64,000 bases of DNA, taken from positions 62,001 to 126,000 of the IMG/VR virus record IMGVR_UViG_3300043399_000272. The stretch is one strand, 5' to 3'. The position numbers and the translations under genes were made by a program. Of this stretch, positions 37,415 to 46,433 are shown piece after piece (positions within the stretch are counted from its first letter, which is position 1; each line of letters opens with the position of its first letter). Below the pieces are notes generated by a model, which was given only the letters and a program-made list of their open reading frames with translations, did not search any database and was not told the origin of the DNA.

Positions 37415-38464
37415 ACCGAAAAAACTGTGTCTACACCAGCCTTCAGAAAACCTGCATTATACTTTAAACTTCCCAGCAACGGTAAATTTTACCCAGAAAA
37501 TAGTTTAAAGTTGCCACCTAACAACGAGTTACCGGTGTATCCCACTACGGGTTTAGATGAAATCACTATAAAAACAGTAGACGCATTGTTTAACGGTTCG
37601 GCAATAGTTGAAGTTATCAGAAGCTGTGTACCCGATATTCCTGATCCTTGGGAAATACCCGTAGTAGATTTAGACCCACTATTGGTTGCAATCAAGTTAG
37701 CATCATTCGGAAACGGCATGGACATTGATTCAACTTGTCCTGAATGCAACGAATCTAGTAAGTACGGGTTAAATTTAACTAACATATTGAATAACTTAAA
37801 ATTAGGTGATTACGACTCTGAATTAGAAGTTGACGGTATCTACGTTAAGTTTCGTCCATTAAAGTACAAAGATTACAACAGATTCAATATCCAAGAGTTT
37901 GAGTTTCAAAAGATTATCAATTCAATTGATATGATAAAAGATGAAAAACTAAAAGAAAAGAAGAATATAGATGCCATCATGGCTTCGCTTGAGATGCACA
38001 TAGAACGCATAACTGCAAGTATAGAATACATTAAAACTTCGGATAACTTAGTTAACAACGCAGACTTTATAAGAGAGTTCCTAGAAAACTGTAATGTTGA
38101 TTATTACCGAAAAATCAGAGAGCGTTATACAACTCTTAAAGAGTCTACACAAACCAAACCACTGGTTATAAAATGCACTCACTGTTCACATGAGTATGAG
38201 CAACTACTAATGCTAAACTATTGCGAATATTTTCGGGTTAGACTATTGTATATGCAACCGGAAGAAATTCAAGAATGGTTAACTAGTATGGAAAAGGATG
38301 CATTAGAAATTAAGAATAGTGCATTGAAAATGTCCTGGTATATGCGTGGAGGTATATCATTCAATGAAATACTGCATTTGTCAGACAGAGAACGAGAAAC
38401 GATTAACGAAATCATTAAAGAAAACTTAGAGACAACTAAAAAGACGCAGTTACCATTCTTCTAA
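37412..38464 (+). CDS. gp26: baseplate hub assembly protein (gp26-like), long form with a C-terminal ~75-aa extension
   Basis: RKPAL..KLPS, DEI..KT...L.NG, SC.PDI.DPW, two CxxC pairs; extension ...SWYMRGG...KENLETTKKTQLPFF. Confidence 0.75.
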   Translation: MTEKTVSTPAFRKPALYFKLPSNGKFYPENSLKLPPNNELPVYPTTGLDEITIKTVDALFNGSAIVEVIRSCVPDIPDPWEIPVVDLDPLLVAIKLASFGNGMDIDSTCPECNESSKYGLNLTNILNNLKLGDYDSELEVDGIYVKFRPLKYKDYNRFNIQEFEFQKIINSIDMIKDEKLKEKKNIDAIMASLEMHIERITASIEYIKTSDNLVNNADFIREFLENCNVDYYRKIRERYTTLKESTQTKPLVIKCTHCSHEYEQLLMLNYCEYFRVRLLYMQPEEIQEWLTSMEKDALEIKNSALKMSWYMRGGISFNEILHLSDRERETINEIIKENLETTKKTQLPFF

Positions 38465-38488
38465 AAAGTACAACTCGTTTTTTTGGTC

Positions 38489-38496
38489 TATAAATA
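38489..38496 (+). promoter_or_regulatory. perfect T4 late promoter TATAAATA
   Basis: Exact consensus, followed by a GGAG SD (38507-38510) and ATG 38516. Confidence 0.8.
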
Positions 38497-38515
38497 CACG
38501 AATATTGGAGATATC

Positions 38516-39334
38516 ATGTCAAACAACCCATTGAAAAATTATTTTCGCAAGCCTGCATTAACAATAAAACTACCTAGCGGTGGTCAAGGTTACAAAGAAG
38601 GTGCATTACAATTGCCTGAATCAGGTGAGTTGTCTATATACCCAATGACGGCAATGGATGAGATCAATGTAAAGACTCCTGAAAATCTAACGAACGGAAA
38701 TGCAGTTGTTGGTTTAGTTCGTAGTTGTATCCCTGATATCAAAGACCCTTGGGAAATTTTAAGTACTGATTTAGATACCCTATTATTGGGTATTAGAATT
38801 GCTACTACTGGTAAGATGCTAAAAGTCGAAACCGAATGCCCAAACTGTAGCGCAGAAAACAAACATGATATTAACGTATATGATATGCTTGCAGCTATTG
38901 GTAATAGCGGCTACGACCAATTGTTATCTTTGAATGGATTGTCAATCAAGTTCAAACCACTGAACTATAGACAAATCATGAAGGCAAATGAATCCCAAAC
39001 ACAGATTCAACGAAAGATTGATTCAATTGATGAACAAACATCAGAAGAAGCAAAACTTAAAATTTCAGCAGAAGTTATTAAAGAACTGAACAACATGTCA
39101 TTTGTATTAGTCGGGGAAGCAGTTGAATATATAAAGACCCCTGACAATGTAGTGTTTGAAAAGGAATTTATTCGTGAATTCCTAGAAAATTGCGACAAAG
39201 ATACATTCGATAAAATCAAGCAAACAAATTTGGATTTACGTGCTGCCACCGATATTAAACCAGTGAATCTCACTTGCACATCATGTAATCATGAATATGA
39301 GTTCTCTTTGGATATCAATGTGAACTCAATCTAA
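38516..39334 (+). CDS. gp26: baseplate hub assembly protein (gp26-like), short paralogue
   Basis: 48 of the first 87 aligned residues are identical to 37412..38464 (by-eye alignment); two CxxC pairs; no extension. Confidence 0.75.
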   Translation: MSNNPLKNYFRKPALTIKLPSGGQGYKEGALQLPESGELSIYPMTAMDEINVKTPENLTNGNAVVGLVRSCIPDIKDPWEILSTDLDTLLLGIRIATTGKMLKVETECPNCSAENKHDINVYDMLAAIGNSGYDQLLSLNGLSIKFKPLNYRQIMKANESQTQIQRKIDSIDEQTSEEAKLKISAEVIKELNNMSFVLVGEAVEYIKTPDNVVFEKEFIREFLENCDKDTFDKIKQTNLDLRAATDIKPVNLTCTSCNHEYEFSLDINVNSI

Positions 39335-39387
39335 GTCCATAGTTACTCATTTATCCTAAACTACACTATCTTACTTTTATCTTTAGT

Positions 39388-39437
39388 AGATGACCTTCGG
39401 TCATCTTACCTTCACAATGTTCACTTCGTTCACATTG
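39388..39437. terminator. two hairpins at the convergence of + and - transcription units
   Basis: AGATGACC-TTC-GGTCATCT (39388-39406); CAATGT...ACATTG (39415-39437). Confidence 0.5.
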
Positions 39438-39499
39438 CTTGGTATACTGATTTATTCTAATTAATTCTTTTTGATTCTAATACTAATCTTTATTAGGGG

Positions 39500-39870
39500 G
39501 ATATATACTGCCGCTTTGAAGCCATGGTAGTGCTATTTTAGCACTACCAATGGATAAACTATGCCATGCCCGTCATCCTTTGCCGTCTGTTCCCCAGCTA
39601 GACGCCCTGTACTGACTCTAGCTGCGATCGGTTGCCCTGTAAATTGTTATGGGACTGTAGTGAGCCTATTGTACTTAGAAACATTCATACAACGACTCGG
39701 CAACGCATGTTACATATCCGCAAGACAGAATTAGATATGTACTCATTGAGGGTTCCCTAATAGATTGCCCTCTCGATCTCCCAAGCAGTATCACTACTAC
39801 TTGCATACTCCAGATCCATCAGCTATCTTTCAAGCATCTTCAAGGAGGTCCTACAAACTAGGACGACTAA
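39500..39870 (-). ncRNA. candidate large structured non-coding RNA (family not recognised; ends approximate)
   Basis: No ORF of 60 aa or more; about 46% GC (137/300 over 39541-39840) in an AT-rich context; at least five stems; GUGA tetraloop and G-U pairs read correctly on the - strand. Confidence 0.55.
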
Positions 39871-39886
39871 TTTTTATGTTAATAAA

Positions 39887-40438
39887 TTAAGTTTGTGATT
39901 TTAAATTTGACGTGGTGTCTGTTGTTGAACCTGAATATAATTTTACTAAGTCTTTGTTATGTTTGAAAAAGCTGTCAAACTCTGTGATCAACCAATCACC
40001 GTATGTTTTACTAGAATAAAAAGTATAACTGTCTATTCTCCAAGTTAGTTTTGGTTGAACTGCAACGAATTGTCCGATACGATTAAACTTCATAAAAAGA
40101 ATGTTTAAATCACCTTCGTCCTCAACGTCTAAAAGTTGATCCAGCCACGAATCAAGTTGTTTGCAGCTTCCGGTAAGCAGTAAGTGAAACGGGAAGTCTT
40201 TATAGAATTTGCATTCTGCATTCATTTTACTGAAGGAGTGCCCCGGAACAATGTCGCCCTTAAAAGAACGAATTTGTCCCTCATGAAGCACTTCTTTACG
40301 GACTTGATTCTTGCCACCTACATATGCGCCGGATCCAGGTGCACGAATGAATGATTCATTGTACAACTCTGATAAAAATTTAGCGACTGTGCGCTCGTAT
40401 CCTGATCCTTTTGCTTTTTGCGGTGATGGCATATTCAT
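39887..40438 (-). CDS. PD-(D/E)xK nuclease, Holliday-junction-resolvase-like
   Basis: KAKGSGYER.VA..L, RAPGSGA, GDIVP, ECKFY; start may be 40432. Confidence 0.75.
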   Translation of the reverse strand: MNMPSPQKAKGSGYERTVAKFLSELYNESFIRAPGSGAYVGGKNQVRKEVLHEGQIRSFKGDIVPGHSFSKMNAECKFYKDFPFHLLLTGSCKQLDSWLDQLLDVEDEGDLNILFMKFNRIGQFVAVQPKLTWRIDSYTFYSSKTYGDWLITEFDSFFKHNKDLVKLYSGSTTDTTSNLKSQT

Positions 40439-40459
40439 ACTTATGTCCGTGTAAACAAA

Positions 40460-40936
40460 TTACAAATTTTTTAGTCTAAAAATGGTATTTTCATACAAAT
40501 CGTGCAATATTCCAATACCGCCGACTCTATTCCACTCATCAATATTCTGTATTCTATCATCAATGAGTATGTCTCCTTGTTTACAATGAAACTGTTTATC
40601 TTTACTAAAAGGACCGAAATGTACAGGAACATCAGGGAAATACGTTTGTCCCCACATGACCTTGTCATAAAATGCCCAATGAAGTTTGTTTGATTTTGGA
40701 ACTGCTGTTAAAAAGTAAAGTTCCATGTTTCTATCTTTAGCAAATGTTCTGCAAAAATTTACCAAATCATCCGCATACGGTGTTTTCTTTAAATCTCTGT
40801 ATAGTCTAGGGTTTCGTGCAATTTGATTCCATAAATTATCGGGATACTCAACTTCCGAACCAAACCCATGCACACGAAATGCATATTCATTGAAGTCTGC
40901 TACGACTCCATCCATATCTAGGTATATCGTATTCAT
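40460..40936 (-). CDS. HAD-family 5'(3')-deoxyribonucleotidase-like protein
   Basis: IYLDMDGVVADF, FLTA.P, K..W, ILIDDR..NIDEW...GG.GILH. Confidence 0.85.
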   Translation of the reverse strand: MNTIYLDMDGVVADFNEYAFRVHGFGSEVEYPDNLWNQIARNPRLYRDLKKTPYADDLVNFCRTFAKDRNMELYFLTAVPKSNKLHWAFYDKVMWGQTYFPDVPVHFGPFSKDKQFHCKQGDILIDDRIQNIDEWNRVGGIGILHDLYENTIFRLKNL

Positions 40937-43005
40937 TCTACTTCTACTGATGTATTATATGACGTAAATCCGCCTTCTTTAATAACTTTCAAAACGTTAG
41001 GTACACGTCCTGCAAGTTCCTCGCGGTGAGACACAAGCCAAATAGATTTGTGTCGCCGGCGACTCATATCTTTTAGAATCGCTAGACTATTCTCTACACC
41101 CATAGTGTCAAGACCACTATCGATTAATTCGTCAATGAATAATGTATTGACTGGAGCATACAAGTTCTCCCATACATCACGGAAAGCAAAACTCAAACCA
41201 AGAATCAGTCTGTTGCGTTCACCACGACTTAAGTTATCAAAGTCAAGTTCACGACCCAACTCAGTTATTTCAACTGAGAGATCGTTTTTAAAGATAACAC
41301 TGTGGGGAAGTCCGATTTTATCTAAGTAGTGAGTTAGTCGTGCGTTTAGATAACTCAAGTTTTGATCGATGATCTTTTTACGAACAAAACTGTCCTTGCT
41401 AGTCAATAAGTCAAGCAAGAACTTTTGGTGTTCCATTGCTTTTGTAATTTCGTTTATCTTGTCAAACTTTACCTCTTGAAGTGCTTGGGCCTCCATGTCT
41501 TGAATTTGGTCTTGATACGGATCCATTTCCGCCGCCTTTGCCTCAATCTGTGATAATAGAGATGATACCTTTGTTCTATGTTCAACGGCTTGTGACTCTG
41601 TATCATAATGAGTAGATGGACATGGGCCAAGAGTGACGCTAGGCGTATCAAAAAGTTGTTCACTAAAGGGGTTATTCTCGCTGGATTTTTCGTCAATCTG
41701 CTTTTTGATGTTATCAATTTCCGTTGACTGACGAACTGCCTCAGCCTCTGTCTTATAATGTGTTGAAGGTTTTTCATTTACAATTATTGGGTTAGCAACT
41801 AACTCATCCAGCTGGAACTTTAAATCATCTAAATGACTTTTGCTAGCATTCCACAAATCAATCTTGTTATTCAAAACCGTAGTATGCTGGTCATCATGGA
41901 AGTCTTGCCCACACGCATAACACTTGTGTTCTTGTAATGTTTTAACTTCTTGCTCTAGCTTTTTGTGGTTTTTATCTTCTTTTACAAATTCTTTACGCAG
42001 ACTTTCAACTTTACCTTCATACGCAGCTTTTAACTGAACCTGTTGATTGTATGTAATCAAGTCTTTATGGGACTGTAGCTCTACTGCAAAATCAATATGA
42101 CTCAACACATCCATTTTGTCTTGGAGTAACTTAATGTCTTTGTCGTGCTTTTGTTGCCAAGCAATTTGCCGCGCAACTAACGCATCATGGGCTTCTTGCT
42201 GACGCTTCTTCTCATTCCAAATTACTAATTCTTTGTGCGCTAGTAATTCATTGTCAATGTCAATTTTACTTAATTCATCATACGTGGACACAAGTGAAGC
42301 GAGGTCTTCGTCATGTTTTTTTTGCCAAAGCATTTGTCTACGTTTAATAGCATCAATTTGTTCTTTGACACGCTTGTTAGCTTCTTCAACTGCTTTAATT
42401 CTAAATTCTTCTTGTTGAATATCATCTTTACTTTGCCGAATCAAATCTTTAACAACTTCTGCTTTCTCAGATAGTAACGTAATACCCAGTAGCTGTTCAA
42501 TGATTTCTCGTTGTTCATTGTTTTTCAAAGCAAGGAATGGTTCGGAATATGTATTCAACACAACAATGTGTTTAAACATTTCCGGAGTCATATTCAACAC
42601 ACGCTCAATTGCAACTTGTGTTTCTTTGTTTTCACCTTGTTGATCTTCAGTTGCCTTTTGCTGGACATCGTTAACATAAAATTTAAGGATGTTGGGTTTA
42701 CGACCACGCTCAATCTTGTAATCAGTACCATTGACTGTAAACTCAAGCGTAACCATCATACCTTTTCCATTAGTACGATTAACTAAGTTATCTTTGCGAA
42801 TTGAGTTGATGGGTTGACCAAACAATGCATATGACAAGCCCTGAATCAGCGTGGTTTTGCCGGTACCATTACGAGCACCGTCACCGCCTAAGTCTAAGTT
42901 CTCACCTAGAATTAGCGTGATATCCTTCTTGTCAAAGTCAACTGCTTGAGTTACGTTACCGATACTTAAAAAATTCCGAAGAGTGATATTTTTAATTGTT
43001 ATCAT
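40933..43005 (-). CDS. gp46: recombination endonuclease ATPase subunit (T4 gp46/Rad50-like)
   Basis: NFLSIGN, Walker A NGTGKT, zinc hook CYAC, signature LSRGE, Walker B FIDELIDSGLD, SHR. Confidence 0.95.
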   Translation of the reverse strand: MITIKNITLRNFLSIGNVTQAVDFDKKDITLILGENLDLGGDGARNGTGKTTLIQGLSYALFGQPINSIRKDNLVNRTNGKGMMVTLEFTVNGTDYKIERGRKPNILKFYVNDVQQKATEDQQGENKETQVAIERVLNMTPEMFKHIVVLNTYSEPFLALKNNEQREIIEQLLGITLLSEKAEVVKDLIRQSKDDIQQEEFRIKAVEEANKRVKEQIDAIKRRQMLWQKKHDEDLASLVSTYDELSKIDIDNELLAHKELVIWNEKKRQQEAHDALVARQIAWQQKHDKDIKLLQDKMDVLSHIDFAVELQSHKDLITYNQQVQLKAAYEGKVESLRKEFVKEDKNHKKLEQEVKTLQEHKCYACGQDFHDDQHTTVLNNKIDLWNASKSHLDDLKFQLDELVANPIIVNEKPSTHYKTEAEAVRQSTEIDNIKKQIDEKSSENNPFSEQLFDTPSVTLGPCPSTHYDTESQAVEHRTKVSSLLSQIEAKAAEMDPYQDQIQDMEAQALQEVKFDKINEITKAMEHQKFLLDLLTSKDSFVRKKIIDQNLSYLNARLTHYLDKIGLPHSVIFKNDLSVEITELGRELDFDNLSRGERNRLILGLSFAFRDVWENLYAPVNTLFIDELIDSGLDTMGVENSLAILKDMSRRRHKSIWLVSHREELAGRVPNVLKVIKEGGFTSYNTSVEVE

Positions 43006-44018
43006 AGATTGTTATAGATGTCCAAAAGAATTTTCTTGTCGAAGTTTTTGCTTTCGATTGCGTTGATTTGGTCAATTACGATTTGATCAACCGACTCAAA
43101 CTTGAGTCCATCTGCGTTTTGTCCTTGCTCAATGCCCTCACCTTTGATAGGAATAAGAGTCATTTCACGTAATTTGTATTCTGGGATAAAAGTTTCTCTC
43201 AAAAAGTTAGCCTCTTCATAGCTAATTTCAATGTCTAAATGAACACGTACATGACTGTCAATTAATAGATGACCTTCAGGGTTTTCTAAAATTTCTGACA
43301 ATTTGTATACACGATAAATCGGTTGTCTTGGCCAAGATTTGAAAACAGGTTCTTGACCCCATTCTAAAATCATCATACCACGAGCATCGTCACCGGCATC
43401 TGCATAGTTATGAGGGAAAGCATTACCAACATACCATACGTTACCTTTAGCCTGACGTTTGTGAAAATGTCCGCTGAATACTTTATCAAATCCAGTCATG
43501 TGTGTAACGTTTAGTTCACCGTGATCTGGCATTTCTACCATGGCATTCATGAAAAAGTTGGGTAGTTCAAAATGACCAAACAAGTACTTACCCGACATTT
43601 TTTGAAGTTTTTTATAGTCTTCACCTACTAACCACGGCGCAATAACGACTTGTCCTTCATTGAAGAAATCATTAATAATTTTAACGTTGGTGAGATGTTT
43701 CGCCCATTCAACGCTATGAATGTCGCGGCGGTCACGATAGTACAAATCGTGATTGCCAGGGATAAAGTAGACAGTATCGAATGCAGCATTTAATTTCTCC
43801 AGTGCTTGTAGACCAAATTGAAGTGTTTGTATATTGATACTTGATCGGTGATGATTCCAATCACCCAAAAAGAAACAAGTTTCACAACCTTCTTTCTTTG
43901 CGGTTGTGATAAACCAATCTACAAAATTAGCACAATCTTGGTTATGTTGTATGCTGTTGCTTTTAAGGCCAAAGTGAATGTCAGTCATCACTGCTGCCTT
44001 TTTAAATAAATTACTCAT
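43002..44018 (-). CDS. gp47: recombination endonuclease nuclease subunit (T4 gp47/Mre11-like)
   Basis: TDIHFG, FLGDWNH, PGNHD, GHFE, FSGHFH. Confidence 0.95.
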   Translation of the reverse strand: MSNLFKKAAVMTDIHFGLKSNSIQHNQDCANFVDWFITTAKKEGCETCFFLGDWNHHRSSINIQTLQFGLQALEKLNAAFDTVYFIPGNHDLYYRDRRDIHSVEWAKHLTNVKIINDFFNEGQVVIAPWLVGEDYKKLQKMSGKYLFGHFELPNFFMNAMVEMPDHGELNVTHMTGFDKVFSGHFHKRQAKGNVWYVGNAFPHNYADAGDDARGMMILEWGQEPVFKSWPRQPIYRVYKLSEILENPEGHLLIDSHVRVHLDIEISYEEANFLRETFIPEYKLREMTLIPIKGEGIEQGQNADGLKFESVDQIVIDQINAIESKNFDKKILLDIYNNL

Positions 44019-44024
44019 CTATGT

Positions 44025-44054
44025 AGTATATGAAAATATTAGTGGGTGACGCAA
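44025..44054 (-). promoter_or_regulatory. sigma70-type promoter upstream of gp47 (probably leaderless)
   Basis: TTGCGT-N18-TATACT; only 6 nt between the -10 box and the ATG. Confidence 0.6.
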
Positions 44055-44068
44055 TGCTGTTGGTTAAA

Positions 44069-44968
44069 TTATTCTTCGTAAGATCCTGAACTGATACCTT
44101 GTCTGGACCAACTAGGATTCAACCCGTTCAATTCTAAAATGTCATCACGTATGTTTTGGTTACGTTTCTCAGTGTTTAAAACACGACAGAAACTATTAGT
44201 AATCGCAGCCGTATAATAAGCAAATGGGTTGGCTGACTTGGCTTCGTTGAATCGTAAACCAACATATGTTAATTGTAGAATAGCTGAGTTACGCATTTCA
44301 TCGTTGTAGGTGTAGCCTCGCCAATTGTACTTCATTGCATATTTTTCACACATCATAATATACATTTTGGCTAATTTGTTCGTGATTTGACCATGATCTT
44401 TGCTGAACTCCCCGTCAATCAGATCACCTTTCCAATGACTCTTGCCCACACAAATTAAAGATCCATTATTATCTATTTTGTAATGTTGGAAAGGGGGGAA
44501 ATTAACTTTGACATGAACCATATCATCAATTTCTTTCGCAGTAGTTGGGTCTTCCAAGTCTTCAAAAATTTCGTCAATGTCGTCTTCAAATTCAAATATA
44601 TCTTTGGCAGTTTTCTTTTTATCTACTTTTCTAGGTTGTTTGGGTGCTACTGGAACATGCTCCCAAGTCATAACTCTAAAAACAAGATCGGTTATTGGAA
44701 TAGACAATGGCTCAATCGAACCCTTGGACAAACCCTGCTCAGCTTCTAACCTAGCTGCTTGGTTTTCTCTGGCTTCCTGTAAAATTTCTGGTTTAAGAAT
44801 GTATTCAAACGATTTTTCTAATGATTCTTCTGGCATGTCTACGATGAAATCGTATCTATGATCTTCAGGGGTTCTATATTTACAATATGTGTTTTTACTA
44901 GAATGTATCTCTTTAAGAATATCTTTGTTATTTAAATAATTGACTGGTTTTTTAGAAGGTAGGCTCAT
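44069..44968 (-). CDS. gp55: late-transcription sigma factor (T4 gp55-like) with an insertion
   Basis: VNYLNNKDILKEI; KYNWRGYTYNDEM; RFNEAKSANPFAYYT..I.NSF.R. Confidence 0.85.
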   Translation of the reverse strand: MSLPSKKPVNYLNNKDILKEIHSSKNTYCKYRTPEDHRYDFIVDMPEESLEKSFEYILKPEILQEARENQAARLEAEQGLSKGSIEPLSIPITDLVFRVMTWEHVPVAPKQPRKVDKKKTAKDIFEFEDDIDEIFEDLEDPTTAKEIDDMVHVKVNFPPFQHYKIDNNGSLICVGKSHWKGDLIDGEFSKDHGQITNKLAKMYIMMCEKYAMKYNWRGYTYNDEMRNSAILQLTYVGLRFNEAKSANPFAYYTAAITNSFCRVLNTEKRNQNIRDDILELNGLNPSWSRQGISSGSYEE

Positions 44969-44993
44969 AATTTTCCGTAGTTATGTTGTGATT

Positions 44994-45023
44994 ATTGTAA
45001 TACTTTTATGTGCAGAATTGCAA
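44994..45023 (-). promoter_or_regulatory. sigma70-type promoter upstream of gp55
   Basis: TTGCAA-N18-TACAAT. Confidence 0.6.
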
Positions 45024-45055
45024 GTATTGTGGTAAAAAACGGGTGTTTTTGATAC

Positions 45056-45063
45056 GATAAATA
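45056..45063 (+). promoter_or_regulatory. late promoter-like motif (GATAAATA) for the baseplate cluster
   Basis: 20 nt upstream of ATG 45084; preceded by an AAAAAC-N4-GTTTTT inverted repeat. Confidence 0.65.
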
Positions 45064-45083
45064 TATTTAGTAAAGGTACATTT

Positions 45084-46133
45084 ATGGCAGAACCATTAAC
45101 AAATCCACCAGAAGTAACTAATGACCCGGAGTATGGGAACCTAGACCAAGCCATAGAAGAACAACAAGAGTTAAATGCTATAGCTGAAACTAGAAAGACA
45201 CCACGAGAAATTGACAACGAAATTGAAGCAGTCACCGCATTTGACGAAGAATCGAGGTTAGCAGCAGAAGCTGCTTTTAACGAAACAGATGGTCCCACAA
45301 TAAGTGACGGCATAACGTCTGTGAATCAAGTAAGATCCCGAGGTGGTGAATCACAAGCTAGCAATACTAGAGCCCAAGAAGACTGGAGACTAAGACTGAA
45401 ACTGGCAAAAAATGCAAATTATTTTTATGCTAATGCTACGAGTACCGACTTACTATGGCCACTAAGAAACACCGACGGTGTTGTGTTTCCCTATACGCCT
45501 AGTATATCTTTGAACTACCGATCTAATTATGAAGTTAGTGATCTAGTCCATACAAACTATAAACAATATTTCTATAAAAATAGTTCAGTTGAAGAAATTT
45601 CTATAACTGCTGACTTTACCGCACAAGACACCGCCGAAGCCAATTATTTGCTTGCGGTAATCCACTTCTTCAAAACAGTTACTAAAATGTTTTATGGGAA
45701 AGACACTAACCCACTCAATGGCACTCCTCCCCCACTTTGTTATTTGCTAGGATATGGTCAGTTTCAATTCAGTGACCACCCTGTTTTAATATCAGGGTTT
45801 CAATACACATTACCCAATGATGTTGATTATATACGAGCCGGAAGTGTTGCTACAATTCAGGGTACTAACTTATCACCATTCAAGCAAAAGCCTTCATTTC
45901 TATCTACATTGGCACCTAGTTTAAATAGGTTATTTGGTAGCAACTTATCTAAGGGAGGTGGACCAACTACACCCGCCTTCAATCCATTGAGTAATCCTGC
46001 AGCAACATATGTACCCACAAAGATTCAGTTGATTATAAATGCTATACCGATAGTAACTAGAGGTGATATTGCAGATAACTTTAGTCTGTCTGAATATGCT
46101 AAAGGTAATTTAGTTAAGAAAGGTTATTGGTAA
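45084..46133 (+). CDS. baseplate/tail-tube initiator-like protein
   Basis: DGVVFPYTP, ISITADFTAQ, HFFKTVTKMFYG, GTPPP; first gene of the baseplate cluster. Confidence 0.6.
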   Translation: MAEPLTNPPEVTNDPEYGNLDQAIEEQQELNAIAETRKTPREIDNEIEAVTAFDEESRLAAEAAFNETDGPTISDGITSVNQVRSRGGESQASNTRAQEDWRLRLKLAKNANYFYANATSTDLLWPLRNTDGVVFPYTPSISLNYRSNYEVSDLVHTNYKQYFYKNSSVEEISITADFTAQDTAEANYLLAVIHFFKTVTKMFYGKDTNPLNGTPPPLCYLLGYGQFQFSDHPVLISGFQYTLPNDVDYIRAGSVATIQGTNLSPFKQKPSFLSTLAPSLNRLFGSNLSKGGGPTTPAFNPLSNPAATYVPTKIQLIINAIPIVTRGDIADNFSLSEYAKGNLVKKGYW

Positions 46134-46432
46134 TGGAATACCCTGCAACTAGTCCGTATTATTTTACAGAAACTTTTAGAAATCAATTTCTGGATATAAT
46201 GATAAATCGTCCTATCACAATGAATCCATTAGATGAATTATGGGTCATAACTAGCACATATAATTTAAGACCTGATCTGCTGGCCTATGACTTATATGAT
46301 GATAGTAAATTATGGTGGGTTTTCGCACAGAGAAATCCAAATACATTAGTCGATCCTTTGTTCGACTTTGTGACCGGGAAACAAATTTATATTCCGCAGA
46401 TACAAACATTGCGTACTGATTTAGGATTCTAA
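46133..46432 (+). CDS. gp53: baseplate wedge protein (gp53/LysM-like)
   Basis: RPDLLAYDLY.D..LWWVF..N; TAATG overlap with the previous gene. Confidence 0.75.
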   Translation: MEYPATSPYYFTETFRNQFLDIMINRPITMNPLDELWVITSTYNLRPDLLAYDLYDDSKLWWVFAQRNPNTLVDPLFDFVTGKQIYIPQIQTLRTDLGF

Positions 46433-46433
46433 T

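Noticed and set aside
39800-39850. Hammerhead-like CTGATG and GAAA on the - strand of the candidate RNA
   Set aside because: Only 5 nt separate GAAA from CTGATGG, leaving no room for the required stems, and the core is not CUGANGA
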